A stretch of DNA of 64,000 nucleotides, from the NCBI RefSeq assembly GCF_964204645.1, contig NW_027437469.1:14001-78000 (forward strand), in the 5' to 3' direction. The position numbers and the translations under genes are program-made. This document shows positions 49,701-60,143 of this stretch, one piece after another; positions within the stretch are counted from its first letter, which is position 1, and each line of letters starts with the position of its first letter. Under the pieces are notes generated by a model. It worked only from the letters and a program-made list of their open reading frames with translations. It ran no database searches and was not told the origin of the DNA. This stretch comes from Tubulanus polymorphus. Its lineage: Eukaryota; Animalia; Nemertea.

Positions 49701-50604
49701 GCACTTTTCGGCCCGAAAACGTCGTTCAGCGCGAGAAAAGCCGTTTTCGTATCAAATATTCCCCCTATCGGAAAAACGACAATGTCGACGCGTAAAAGCG
49801 CTCAAATCGTCAGGAAAGCACTTTTCGGCCCGAAAACGTCGTTCAGCGCGAGAAAAGACGTCTTCGTATCAAATATTCCCCCTATCAAAAAAACGACAAT
49901 GTCGATGCGTAAAGGCGCTCAAATCGTCAGGAAAAGCACTTTTCGGCCCGAAAACGTCGTTCCAGCGCGAGAAAAGACGTATTCGTATCAAATATTCCCC
50001 CTATCGGAAAAACGACAATGTCGATGCGTAAAAGCGCTCAAATCGTGGGGAAAAGCACTTTTCGGCCCGAAAACGTCGTTCAGCGCGAGAAAAGACGTTT
50101 TCGTATCAAATATTCCCACTATCGGAAAAACGACAATGTCGATGCGTAAAAGCGCTCAAATCGTCAGGAAAAGCACTTTTCGGACCGAAAACGTCGTTCA
50201 GAGCGAGAAAAGACGTTTTCGTATCAAATATTCCCCCTATCGAAAAAACGACAATGTCGATGCGTAAAAGCGCTCAAATCGTCAGGGAAAGCACTTTTCG
50301 GACCGAAAACGTCGTTCAGCGCGAGAAAAGACGTTTTCGTATCAAATATTCCCCCTATCGGAAAAACGACAATATCGATGCGTAAAAGCGCTCAAATCGT
50401 CAGGAAAAGCACTTTTCGGACCGAAAACGTCGTTCAGCGCTAGAAAAGACGTTTTCGTATCAAATATTCCCCCTATCGGAAAAACGACAATGTCGATGCG
50501 TAAAAGCGCTCAAATCGTCAGGAAAAGCACTTTTCGACCCAAAAATGTCGTTCAGCGCGAGAAAAGACGTTTTCGTATCAAATATTCCGCTATCGGAATA
50601 ACGA
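22710..50604. repeat. Tandem satellite DNA array, 118-bp monomer, right of the retrotransposon up to the array edge
   Basis: Same monomer and orientation resume at TTTTCGGCCCG (22710). The last recognisable partial monomer is TATCAAATATTCCGCTATCGGAATAACGA at ~50577-50604. Confidence 0.98.
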
Positions 50605-50715
50605 TGGCGCTCTACGCATAATTAAAAAGGTCAAGGTAGCCGAATGTTACTATTACGTCTACCGTCGTGAATTCTAGCATGTTAATCAAATTTTAATAAA
50701 AAAATTGTTTTTAAA

Positions 50716-51073
50716 ATGGAGAGTAAACAAATACACAGTGAGGACAACAAATCATTCCTAGCTAGAATAAAAGATATCACAAATGCTAAATCAGTAGATT
50801 TTAAATTTAAAAAGTTAAGAGAATTAATTAATAATTCATAAGAAATATTTAATTACAAATATTTATACAGTTACTAATAGATATGGTAGTAAATTAGTTA
50901 TCCACTTAGAATATGAAGGATTAAAAGGAAATAGATATAAATTCAGAACATATTTACCAGATAGATTTCATAGATTATCAAGTGAAGATTTAGAAGAATT
51001 ATGTTCAGGTGATTTCTATTTCATATACAAAGGTAAGAATGAAAAAGGGCACCATGATATAGATTTCGAATAA
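50716..51073 (+). pseudogene. Small uncharacterised virus-like protein, frameshifted
   Basis: Manual translation: MESKQIHSEDNKSFLARIK...FKKLREL // YLITNIYTVTNRYGSKLVIHL...TYLPDRF...FIYKGKNEKGHHDIDFE*; one frameshift near 50835. Confidence 0.5.
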
Positions 51074-51087
51074 AATATGTAAAATAA

Positions 51088-51848
51088 ATGGTAGAATTAA
51101 AAGAATACAGATTATTTGTTGATTCTAGAAGACTTACAAATTATAAATCACATAATTTACTAGTACAATTAGATAGAGAATTTAAAAATTGTGTAGATTT
51201 AAATAAGTAAATATTAGTTTATGTAACTCATTTTACAATATATCGAATAAAACTATTTTACATAGAGCCTTTTTAGTTTTTAATAAAAATAAAAATGATT
51301 GGGCCTATATATATATTTAAAACTTGGGCTATATAATTTAGATACATTATCACAAGAAATTAATAGAAAAGCCTGGCACAAATTAGGTAGTAATTCCGGG
51401 TTTAGTATTAGATTTTTAAAAAGTGAGAGTTCTGATCGAATAAACATAAGGTTTTCTAATAGTGAAAAACATAGATTTATGTTAAAAAAAATCTATAGCT
51501 AAACTGTTAGGAATTCCTCCAGGTAGATCTTTTACAAATATTGATGCTACACCAAACTTTATACCTTACACGCATTTTTATATTTATTGCAATTTAATTG
51601 ATCCTACAAAGACATTCGAAGCAACTAAAGATATAACTTGTAATTCTAGTATATTAAATATGTTACCATTGAAGAATGTTAAAGAATTTGGAATGCAAAT
51701 AAATTATAATTTAACAGAATGTGATTTTAAGCCTTGTATTTCACGATTTAATAATTTCAAATCAGAAGTAAGAAATCATAATGGATATTTAATTAATTTG
51801 AATAACTTTCCCGTAATTTATGAATTAGTTATAAGATGTAGAGCGTAA
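51088..51848 (+). pseudogene. Putative minor capsid (penton, single jelly-roll)-like protein, disrupted
   Basis: Fragments LFVDSR, GLYNLDTL, LLGIP...FYIYCNLID...SILNMLP and EVRNHNGYLINLNNFPVIYELVI resemble Polinton-type penton motifs (from memory); multiple frameshifts. Confidence 0.5.
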
Positions 51849-52206
51849 TCTTTTTGATGTATAAATGAATATAACTGTTGGACCGAGTATATGTTTTGGG
51901 TTTGATTTTAAATATGGTTAAGAAATGAGAATAAAACTAAATGATGTAATTACTGATATTAAACGTAAATCATTTAATAATGCATCAATGATTAAAAAAT
52001 AAAATTATAATATAGAAAAAGTAAGTGATTTAATCAAAACGTTTTTAGAATATTATGAATTAAATGAGGATGATATTATCGATGATATTAAAGATATATT
52101 ATCTAAAATATATGATAATCATAAAAGTAGTAATGAAATATATTCTGAAACAATTTTAACTAAGTTAACTAAATATTTTGAAGATAGTAATTTTTTTGAT
52201 AAATAA

Positions 52207-52428
52207 ATGAGTGATAATAAGTGGATAATAACTGGGTTATATAATGGAGCATTATTATCAGTTGGAACTGTTGGTTATACAATGGTGTTAAAAAAAGTAT
52301 TTAGAATGGGAAGTGTTAATGTTGATAGATTTGATATAAATGATATCTTAAAATTAACATTAGCAGATACATTATCTAATTCAACAATTGATTATTTGGA
52401 AAAACAAAAATATATTCCTCCTATATAA
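52207..52428 (+). CDS. Small hydrophobic virus-like protein, 73 aa
   Basis: Open ORF with TAAATG start and two hydrophobic segments; resembles small proteins of invertebrate Polinton-like elements (recollection, unverified). Confidence 0.5.
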   Translation: MSDNKWIITGLYNGALLSVGTVGYTMVLKKVFRMGSVNVDRFDINDILKLTLADTLSNSTIDYLEKQKYIPPI

Positions 52429-52453
52429 ATGCGTAATTTTTTTTGCTAAATTA

Positions 52454-52876
52454 ATGGCATCTGCAATTATAACTATTATAGGATCGGCAATTGTTAACGC
52501 TTTAGCATTTACTGGTGGTGGTTATTTATTTAAACATATTGATAAAGATAGTTCATTAGGAGAACAAAGAAGACACAACTTAGCATTAGATAAATATTAT
52601 AAAGCTGCAGAAGAATATAGAGAAAAGAGGCAAAACTATATGGATTACATCAATAAAGAATTATATAATCAGAAAATTACGCATAGAGATTTTCAATCAG
52701 TCGATGATGCTATGAGTTTATATAATGCAGTAACAAAACATCAAAAATTACATCTAAACAAACCTAAGTTATCAGATTATTATACCCTAAGTAAAGAACA
52801 ACAAAAATATGAAATAATTTGGATTTTAGGTGGAACAGTTATTGTTATATTTGTAGCATATAAATTTACTAATTAG
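52454..52876 (+). CDS. Virus-like membrane/coiled-coil protein (MASAIITIIGSAIVNALAFTGG...), ~140 aa
   Basis: Likely start is the ATG at 52454 within ORF 52388-52876. N-terminal hydrophobic helix, central charged helix (EQRRHNLAL) and C-terminal TM segment. Confidence 0.55.
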   Translation: MASAIITIIGSAIVNALAFTGGGYLFKHIDKDSSLGEQRRHNLALDKYYKAAEEYREKRQNYMDYINKELYNQKITHRDFQSVDDAMSLYNAVTKHQKLHLNKPKLSDYYTLSKEQQKYEIIWILGGTVIVIFVAYKFTN

Positions 52877-52961
52877 TAATTTCTTTGCTAAATAAATGGA
52901 TGATAAAGTTGATAATAATGATATTATTCTTCATGATATAAATAAAACTAAGTTAAAATCA

Positions 52962-53313
52962 TGAGGAGAGAATCCCACAATGATAATAAAAAGTCCGAAA
53001 ATGAAACTTCGAGATAGTAGTTTATTTCAACGTTTCGACTATATCCTAATAGTCATCTTCAGGAATAATGAGATACTACAGAAATTATGAGATATACATA
53101 CAGTCCAGAGACAAAGAGACTAATTCAAGTAATCAGAGATGATACAAACTAAAGGAAAATTAACGTAGAAACAGTTACACGCTAAAATAGGTTAAAGGGA
53201 AGCAAACTAAGGGGTAATTATAAACAACAATAGTGAGTATAAATATAAATGAAACTTAAAGTCAGTAGTAAAAAGTTTGTCTTTCTTTTTACTACTGACT
53301 TTAAGTTGCATTT
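52962..53313 (-). mobile_element. Short Penelope-like retroelement remnant
   Basis: Interrupts a virus-like ORF, carries a minimal hammerhead core on the minus strand and ends in a 28-bp fold-back; both are features of Penelope-like element ends. Boundaries are approximate. Confidence 0.55.
53021..53069 (-). ncRNA. Minimal type I hammerhead ribozyme motif
   Basis: Minus strand UUAUUC-CUGAAGA-U-GACUA-UUAGGAUA-UAGUC-GAAA-CGUU-GAAAUAA: both core boxes, a 5-bp stem II, palindromic ACGU in place of stem III, and an imperfect stem I. Confidence 0.7.
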
Positions 53314-53590
53314 CATAGTTCTGTAATAACATTTTTAGCAATATTTTCGACATTAACACCTTTAGCTACATCATTTGGCGTGCTAGGATTATCATCAAGT
53401 GTATTAACTGGAATAAGTTCAAAATTAAATGTCAAAGGTAATAAAGAAAAAATAAAATCTAATATAAAAGAAATAAATAAATTAAAAAATACACTAGATT
53501 ATATAATAAGTTTAAATGGTAATATAACAGTTGAAGAACAAGATAAATTATTAAAAGAATTATCTAATTATTAATTTCTTTATTATATAA

Positions 53591-54140
53591 ATGGCAGAGA
53601 GTTTTCCCAAAGCATTTCATTAAATAAATCAATTAAATATAATATTCCTGCATTAGATTTCAATAAAGATATTTCATACAGAAATGAGGTTTTAAATTCA
53701 TTAATTAATTTAGATATTTATTTTACTGAAACTAATAACTTTAATGCAAAGATGGATAGGTCCTAATCTATCTATCATTTCTGATGATTTAATATTAAAA
53801 ATGGGAAATATAATTGGTTATAATAATCTAATTAAGACTGCAACAATAAATAATAAGTTTGGATTGAATGATATAAATAAAAAGATTATCACTGCTCTTA
53901 AACTAATGGAAGGTAAAAAAATTTAAAAACATTTTCAATCAACAGAAACTAAAATTAAAAATATTAAATTGGATAATGATTTTAAAATAAAAGATAACAA
54001 TACTACAGAAAATATAAAAACTGATATTATTCAACATGATATAATTAAAACTAATAATGATAATAAATCATATGAAAATGTTAAATTAGCTATAACTTGT
54101 ATATGAATTGTAATAGGAGGAATATTATATCTTAAATTTT
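53591..54140 (+). pseudogene. Internally deleted paralogue of the 58715-60120 virus-like gene
   Basis: MAESFPKAFH... matches MVNNFPNAFQ (58715), then jumps to GPNLSIISDDLILKMGNIIGYNNLIKTA (cf. ~59743); about 900 bp are missing. Confidence 0.7.
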
Positions 54141-54157
54141 AATTTTTTATTATATAA

Positions 54158-54706
54158 ATGGATGTAGAAGGTGGAGACGGTTATGAAATGGGTACTTTTG
54201 ATGAACCCGGTATAACCGATGAACAACAACCTGATTTTAGTGCAACAAGTTTTAGTAACGATATTAAAACAGCATATAATTCAAATTTAGGTGATGGTGA
54301 TGATGTATATTCTACTTTAGATCCTAATAATAGTGGTTCTTATGATGAATTACATGACAAATTAGAAAGATATAAAGCAGCTAAAGCAAGTGGTAGAATT
54401 TCAACTAGATCAGAGAGAAAAGATTTAATGAATCAATTACAATTATAACAAGAAGAATTTCCTGATTTCAAACTGGAATTATATAAAATGAAAACTAGAG
54501 TAACAGATACAGTTGTAAACGAATTATTACCAAAAGATGTAATAGATAAAATTGATTCAGAAGATATTGTAATACAAATTTTAAAAGATGACCCATTTTT
54601 CACGAATAATTTAGAATTTAAAAATGATGCGTGGTATTATAATCTTGAATTAAATAGGAAGACTGTAACAATTAACATATTTTTTTACAATTGCAACATA
54701 TTCTAA
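54158..54706 (+). pseudogene. Acidic N-terminal fragment (MDVEGG...) paralogous to the 60144 gene
   Basis: MDVEGGDGYEMGTFDEPGITDEQQPDF versus MDVEGGEDIPMDAFDEPGISDEPQPDF; premature stop at 54446-54448. Confidence 0.6.
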
Positions 54707-55113
54707 TGGCGCAATAAATGTCGATAATTATTATAATCCGGAAATATCAAAAGTAGAAATAACTATCGAAGGTATAGCAAATAAATTATTTTGTCAATGA
54801 ATGAGAATGATAGATCAGTGGCCAGAAATTAGAAAACATTTTATGAATGAAAAAAATAAATCATCTGAAAATTGTAATATTAATCAAATTGATTATTATA
54901 CCGGTAATAAATACGCATTATGGTTAGATTTTAGAACAACAGAGGATAATTTATTACATGGTTCTGGTGAAAAAACTACAGAACACGAAAGATGGGATAC
55001 AATTATTCATGACAAAGAAAAAAGGAAGCTTAAATTTCAAAATGCACATTTATATTATATCTGACGCGCAATTAAATATTATAAATTCTCAATTAAATAG
55101 TGTTCTGTATTAG
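54690..55113 (+). pseudogene. Putative major capsid protein C-terminal fragment (Polinton-like virus)
   Basis: YYNPEISKVEITIEGIANKLFCQ*MRMIDQWPEIRKHF...KYALWLDFRTTEDNLLHGSG // LQNTKDGIQL...HIYIISDAQLNIINSQLNSVLY* has a beta-rich pattern recalled from Polinton-like double jelly-roll capsids; one stop and frameshifts. Confidence 0.5.
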
Positions 55114-55145
55114 AATTTTAATTCTAATAAAAAATTTTATAATAA

Positions 55146-55433
55146 ATGGATGCAGGTAAAGTATACAAACATATTTTATACATTGATAAACATGAAAATA
55201 ATGATGGCTTATATTATGTAATACTTTGTAATATAGCTTTGATATTTGATCCTATTTTCAAAAATTATAAAACTAAACTAATAGAAATCGATAATAATAA
55301 AAGTGGAGTTGTTGATAATTTAAGTAATGAAATTGATAATAATGTTTTACCTTCTACATCTAATAATGTTTTACCTTCTAAATCAAATAATGTTTTACCT
55401 TCTACGCCTAATAATGAAATAATATTAAATTAA
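55146..55433 (+). CDS. Hypothetical 95-aa protein with three 8-aa repeats
   Basis: TAAATG start; 24-bp tandem unit AATAATGTTTTACCTTCTA.... x3 (NNVLPSxx) at ~55338-55415. Confidence 0.4.
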   Translation: MDAGKVYKHILYIDKHENNDGLYYVILCNIALIFDPIFKNYKTKLIEIDNNKSGVVDNLSNEIDNNVLPSTSNNVLPSKSNNVLPSTPNNEIILN

Positions 55434-55645
55434 AGTGAAAATAGAAATTATTATTTTGTAACCATAATCTTAATTCACTATATTTCATATTTTCATCTGA
55501 TTTTATCTTATCCCATAATTCTGAAACAATTGAATGATACTTCACTCTCTGGGTTATAATATAAATCTCTTAAATATTGTTCTTTTTTCATCTTATTTTA
55601 ATCCATTAATAATAATTTAGAATTAGTTTCAATGATTTTATCATT

Positions 55646-55960
55646 TTATTTAGTTTCTGGTATAATAGGTTTATCATTATCATCATAATTATTAGATTTG
55701 AATTTAGATTTATATATTACACCAGAGAATATAATAACTGTGATTAACCCAATTGTAATATATAAGTAATTATTTCTTCCACTATTAGAAGAATTAGATG
55801 GATTATCATTCGAATGAATATCAGATAATTTCTGTGATTCATTTATATCGGTTAATTTCTTTTTCTTAGCTTTTTTTAATTCTGCAGATGTTTTTCCCAA
55901 TTCCCTTGCCCATTTAATTTGTTTTTCGGATCTAGGTTTCTTCTTAATATCATCACTCAT
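55646..55960 (-). CDS. Small basic protein with a single TM helix, 104 aa
   Basis: TAAATG start, basic N-terminus (KKKPRSEKQIKWARELGK) and TM segment YLYITIGLITVIIFSGVIY. Confidence 0.5.
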   Translation of the reverse strand: MSDDIKKKPRSEKQIKWARELGKTSAELKKAKKKKLTDINESQKLSDIHSNDNPSNSSNSGRNNYLYITIGLITVIIFSGVIYKSKFKSNNYDDNDKPIIPETK

Positions 55961-55969
55961 TTATTTTAC

Positions 55970-56490
55970 TTAATTTTTTTTCTGATATCTTCTGATTTAT
56001 TTTTATCTTTGTATTCTAAAGGTTTGATGTTAGAAAATCTTATATCTCCAGAAGAAATCAATGTCATTATTCCACCTAATTGGAATGAAGCGTATCCAAC
56101 CCATTTCTGTAGTTCTGTCATAACTAAATAATCATTCTTTAAATCACTATATAATTTATTTTCATCATCAATTGGTATAATCCGGTTACATAATTAAGAG
56201 TAACATTTTACTATTGCATCACTGATAGAGTCTTTGAAATGTTTTATTACTTTATCTGGTTTCATATTATCTAATTCTTGAAAAGTTATAATTTTGCCAA
56301 TAAACTCATTACATTTGCCGCTAGCAATTAGTAACTCAAGATGGTGCTTACATGTTAAATAGTATTCAAAATCAATATTATTATCAACTTGAGCACAATT
56401 AGAAACAACTGTATCATTATTATCTGTAATACCTAAATCTTCAATTGTCTTTTCAATATCGGTATTATACTTAGTAGATTTCTTTGACAT
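55970..56490 (-). pseudogene. Uncharacterised virus-like protein with a premature stop
   Basis: ORF 56194-56490 continues in frame past the stop (LCNRIIPIDDENKLYSDLKNDYLVMTELQKWVGYASFQLGG...). Confidence 0.45.
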
Positions 56491-56561
56491 TGAATTATTT
56501 GTTCTGTAGTTTTTTTACCAGAACCATGTAATAAATTATCCTCTGTTGTTCTAAAATCTAA

Positions 56562-57290
56562 TCATAATGCGTATTTATTATCGTTTTCAATCATTTCTTC
56601 AATTTCTGACAAATAGTCAACAACTTCACTAAATGTTAAACTTAATAATTGGAATTTTTCATATTCAATCAATCTTCCTACTCTTCTTAGTTTTCTTTCG
56701 TAACCGGCGCTGATTTCTATATTCTTTTTAACCCAAGCCCCCCAAGAAATCCCCGCAGTTTCTTTATCGAACCGGTCAAACCCTATAATCAAATAACTCC
56801 CGAAAATGATGTGGTCCCATAGGTGATTTGCTTTTCTTTTTAATATGGTCTTATAACTTATTTTTAATGTATTAGTAATTTTATCAAATGAAATAACTTC
56901 TTCACTTCGTATTTCTGGAAAGTTTAAATGTTCTGTTTCAATAATTAATTTAGATTTTAAAACTTATTCAACTCTTCTCCAATCTTTTTCTTAGTTTTCA
57001 ATGTCTCGAGTCCCGACAGCAATTCAGATTCCTTGAGTGCCAACAGCAATTCCAGGTTTGTTGTTGTTGTGGTTCGCGTGGTAATTGTTTATTACGAATT
57101 ACATCACCCAGCATTTTCGCCTTTTCTTTATGATAATCCAAATGTTTTTGTAAATTTTTTAAAGTTTATTTGCCAATAACTTGAGTTCCTTCCTCCATTT
57201 CTGTTGAATCCTGGGTTTCACTATCCATCGGTTCTGATTCCCCTTCCGATGGTTGACTTGGAATTTCTGGTCGATCTCTGTATTCCATTT
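56562..57290 (-). pseudogene. Uncharacterised virus-like protein, disrupted
   Basis: Acidic N-terminus (MEYRDRPEIPSQPSEGESEPMD...) with a TAAAATG start near 57288; C-terminal part ...SWGAWVKKNIEISAGYERKLRRVGRL...; several stops. Confidence 0.4.
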
Positions 57291-57642
57291 TAATCTAAAA
57301 GATGTCATGAAAATGAATTACTGTACTTAAATATGTTTAAAGTATCCCCTTTCCCTACTTCATAATAACTACATAAAACGGTACTTACATTTAGATTTAG
57401 AACTGTAAACTGTGTTTTGAGAGAGAATATCCAATGCGTCCTTTGTATGTGAATGTTGATTTCTAACTGCCAACGTGGCGCACGTTTGACCAAGCTGATT
57501 ATTTCTGTACGTTTGCCTGGATGGTAACAGGCGTTCTTTTATGATGAAGTTAAGTAATTCCTTACAAATGAAAACAATCATGCGACAGATGTTTTTGTAA
57601 TCAAATATATACATACAGGGCTCAAATAGAGTTGCCGGTTTT

Positions 57643-58311
57643 CTAACCACTGATTGAAACCTCAGAATGCAGTTGATTCAGTGAAGTACTATTCCATAAT
57701 TCAACAAATTTCTTTGCTTTTACCAACTGGTCTAAATATAACTTTAAATATAGTTCATTTCCTTTACTAATATTTTCTTTCTTTTCAAGAGGCCTTATGT
57801 TTTTCCAGTTCCATATCAATTTCTTATTGTATTCATCATTCATATCAAATTTCGATATTGGTAACACGTGATCAATATGAAAGTATTCACCATAATTATC
57901 TATATTCATTTTATCGTCGAAATGATATACAATCCATGATTTTAAGAATTCATCTGTACAACCCAACAAATTAGATAGTGTTGCTGAATGCGCTTCTTTG
58001 TTGAATAATTGTGTTTATCTAGACCGTAAACATTGTTTCATTTTAAAATTAAGATCCGTTTTATATCTTTCTCTCATATATTCTGTCATATAATCATTAT
58101 AATGTTCTCTATTATCTGCCCGATATTGCTTAGTATATAGTTTAATACAAGTTTTACAGCAATATTGAAAACCATCTTTGCTAATCTTACGCTTACTAAA
58201 TTCTGTTATAGCTAATTTATCTAATTCACATTTAGAACATTTCTTGTAGTATATATTCATAACACCAGTGTTATTTGTAATATTGATAGTTTGTGATTGT
58301 TCTGGCTCCAT
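57643..58311 (-). pseudogene. Zinc-ribbon plus HNH/EndoVII-like endonuclease of large-DNA-virus type, one nonsense codon
   Basis: ORFs 58015-58311 and 57643-57969 share a frame and are separated by one TAA. Motifs CSKC...CKTC, LGCT..FL..WI, NYG..FHIDHVLPISKFD and NWKNIRPL...ENISKGN. Confidence 0.8.
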
Positions 58312-58714
58312 TTTAATATCAAATATTTGTTACTAAATTGATTTTAGAAGTTATTCATTTATATGTTATTCATTTATATGAACATTATTAGGAGTAATAG
58401 GGAATATGTTGTTTTATATCAAAGGTTGAAGGGGCGAGTGAGTAAAAATGAAAAATAAATTCGAGCGTGGAAGCATTTATTTTTCATTTTTTATGAGAGA
58501 TGATGCAAAGAGTTTACATAAAGCAGTAACAAATAAAGAAAAGAAATATTATTTTTTGTTAAATAGATTGATGATAAAGTTGATAATAATGGTATTATTC
58601 CTCGTGATATAAATAAAACAAAATTAGAAATATATTAAATATTAAATATAACAATTCAAGAACAAGACAAATTATTAAAAGAATTAATGAATTATTAATT
58701 TTTTTATTATATAC

Positions 58715-60120
58715 ATGGTAAATAATTTTCCAAACGCTTTCCAATATAATAAATCAAGTAAATATAATATTCCTGCAATAGATTTTAATAAAAATATCAC
58801 ATATAGAAATAATGTTTTAAATTCATTAATTAATTTAGATATTTGTTTTACTGAAAGTAATAATTTTAATGTAAAGATGGAAAATATATTCAATGTTTAT
58901 GAAATTAATTTTGAAAAAAAATTAAGTAAAGCAAAAGTATGGATGTTAAAATCAAATATGCAATACTGGCAAAACCAATTAAATTCGCAGTTTATTGTGG
59001 AACAACAGGGTGCGGTATGAGGGTGTGGTATGTGGTACAAGTTGGAATAATCATTTAAATGAACCAAAATTACCATTAATATTATCACTCTTTAGATTTC
59101 ATACATACTTTCAAATAAGATTAATATTAAATGAATTAGTGTCCTTTAACAGGATCTAGATATTTAAAAGAATTGGATAATAATATTAATCTATCAAAGT
59201 TTTATAAAATATGTAATGAATTTAATATAGACATAAAGAATTCTGATTTTAGATGGAAAACAATTACAGGGGGAGATTTATCTAAAGTAGAGAAAGCTGT
59301 GGATGCAATGAATAATTCACCATTTCCAATCGGAGGTTTTGCTGTCCCTTATATTAAAGAATATAGAAAAACAATAAAAAATATTAACTCAAAAACGTTT
59401 AAATGGAATGAAATACCAAAATATTATATTTATTTCAAACAACAACAAAATAATGATGGTTGGATTAATTTTGTTTTAGATAATAGTGAAGGATTTACTA
59501 AATCAGGTATACAAAGAATAAATCAATCAATTAGAACTTATTTGATATGTATTCTAGGCGCTCAAGTTGAAACAAGATACCCAATAATTGGAAATTTAGA
59601 TACATCATTTGATACACAGAAACAATTCAAAGTATTATTTGAAGATTCAATTCATAATGAAAAAAATAGATCGATTCCCGAAAATATAGTAAGATATCAA
59701 AATTATTTAGATAAATCTCATGTAAGATTAAATTATTGTACAGGCCCTAATTTATTAAATATTTCTGATGATTTAATATTAAAAATGGGAAATATAATTG
59801 GTTATGATAATCTAATTAAAACTGCAACAATAAATGATAAGTTTGGATTAAATGATATAAATAAAAAGATTATTACTGCTCCAAAACTAATGGAAGGTGA
59901 AAAAATTAAAAAAACATATTCAATCATCTGAAACTAAAACAAAGAATATTAAATTGGATAATGATTCTAAAATATAAGATTATAATACTACAGAAAATAT
60001 AAAAACTGATATTATTCAACATGATATAATTAAAAGTTATAATGATAATGAAACACATGAAAATGCTAAATTAGCTATAACTTGTATAGGAATTGTATTA
60101 GGAGGAATATTATATTTTTA
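58715..60120 (+). pseudogene. Conserved-looking virus-like protein (~450 aa) with C-terminal TM, frameshifted
   Basis: ORFs 58715-59020 and 59173-59931 plus a tail (...HENAKLAITCIGIVLGGILYF) form one interrupted gene; paralogue at 53591. Confidence 0.6.
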
Positions 60121-60143
60121 ATTTTAATTTTTTTATTATGTAA

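Larger units (their letters stand above)
52896..53574 (+). pseudogene. Virus-like membrane protein gene split by a ~350-bp insertion
   Basis: Starts MDDKVDNNDIILHDINKTKLK (TAAATG) and resumes after ~53314 (SSVITFLAIFSTLTPLATSFGVLGLSS...ELSNY*). A deleted paralogue lies at ~58565-58698. Confidence 0.5.

Noticed and set aside
212-50267. Numerous short R/K-rich ORFs (MSMRKSAQIVRK...) over the satellite
   Set aside because: They are translations of the 118-bp repeat whose lengths depend only on indels; no evidence of coding function.
50605-50715. Polinton terminal inverted repeat at the satellite boundary
   Set aside because: No AG-repeat terminus or matching inverted partner was seen in the window.
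57305-57650. Minus-strand ORFs of 62 and 93 aa
   Set aside because: No motifs and no TAAATG start; likely spurious.
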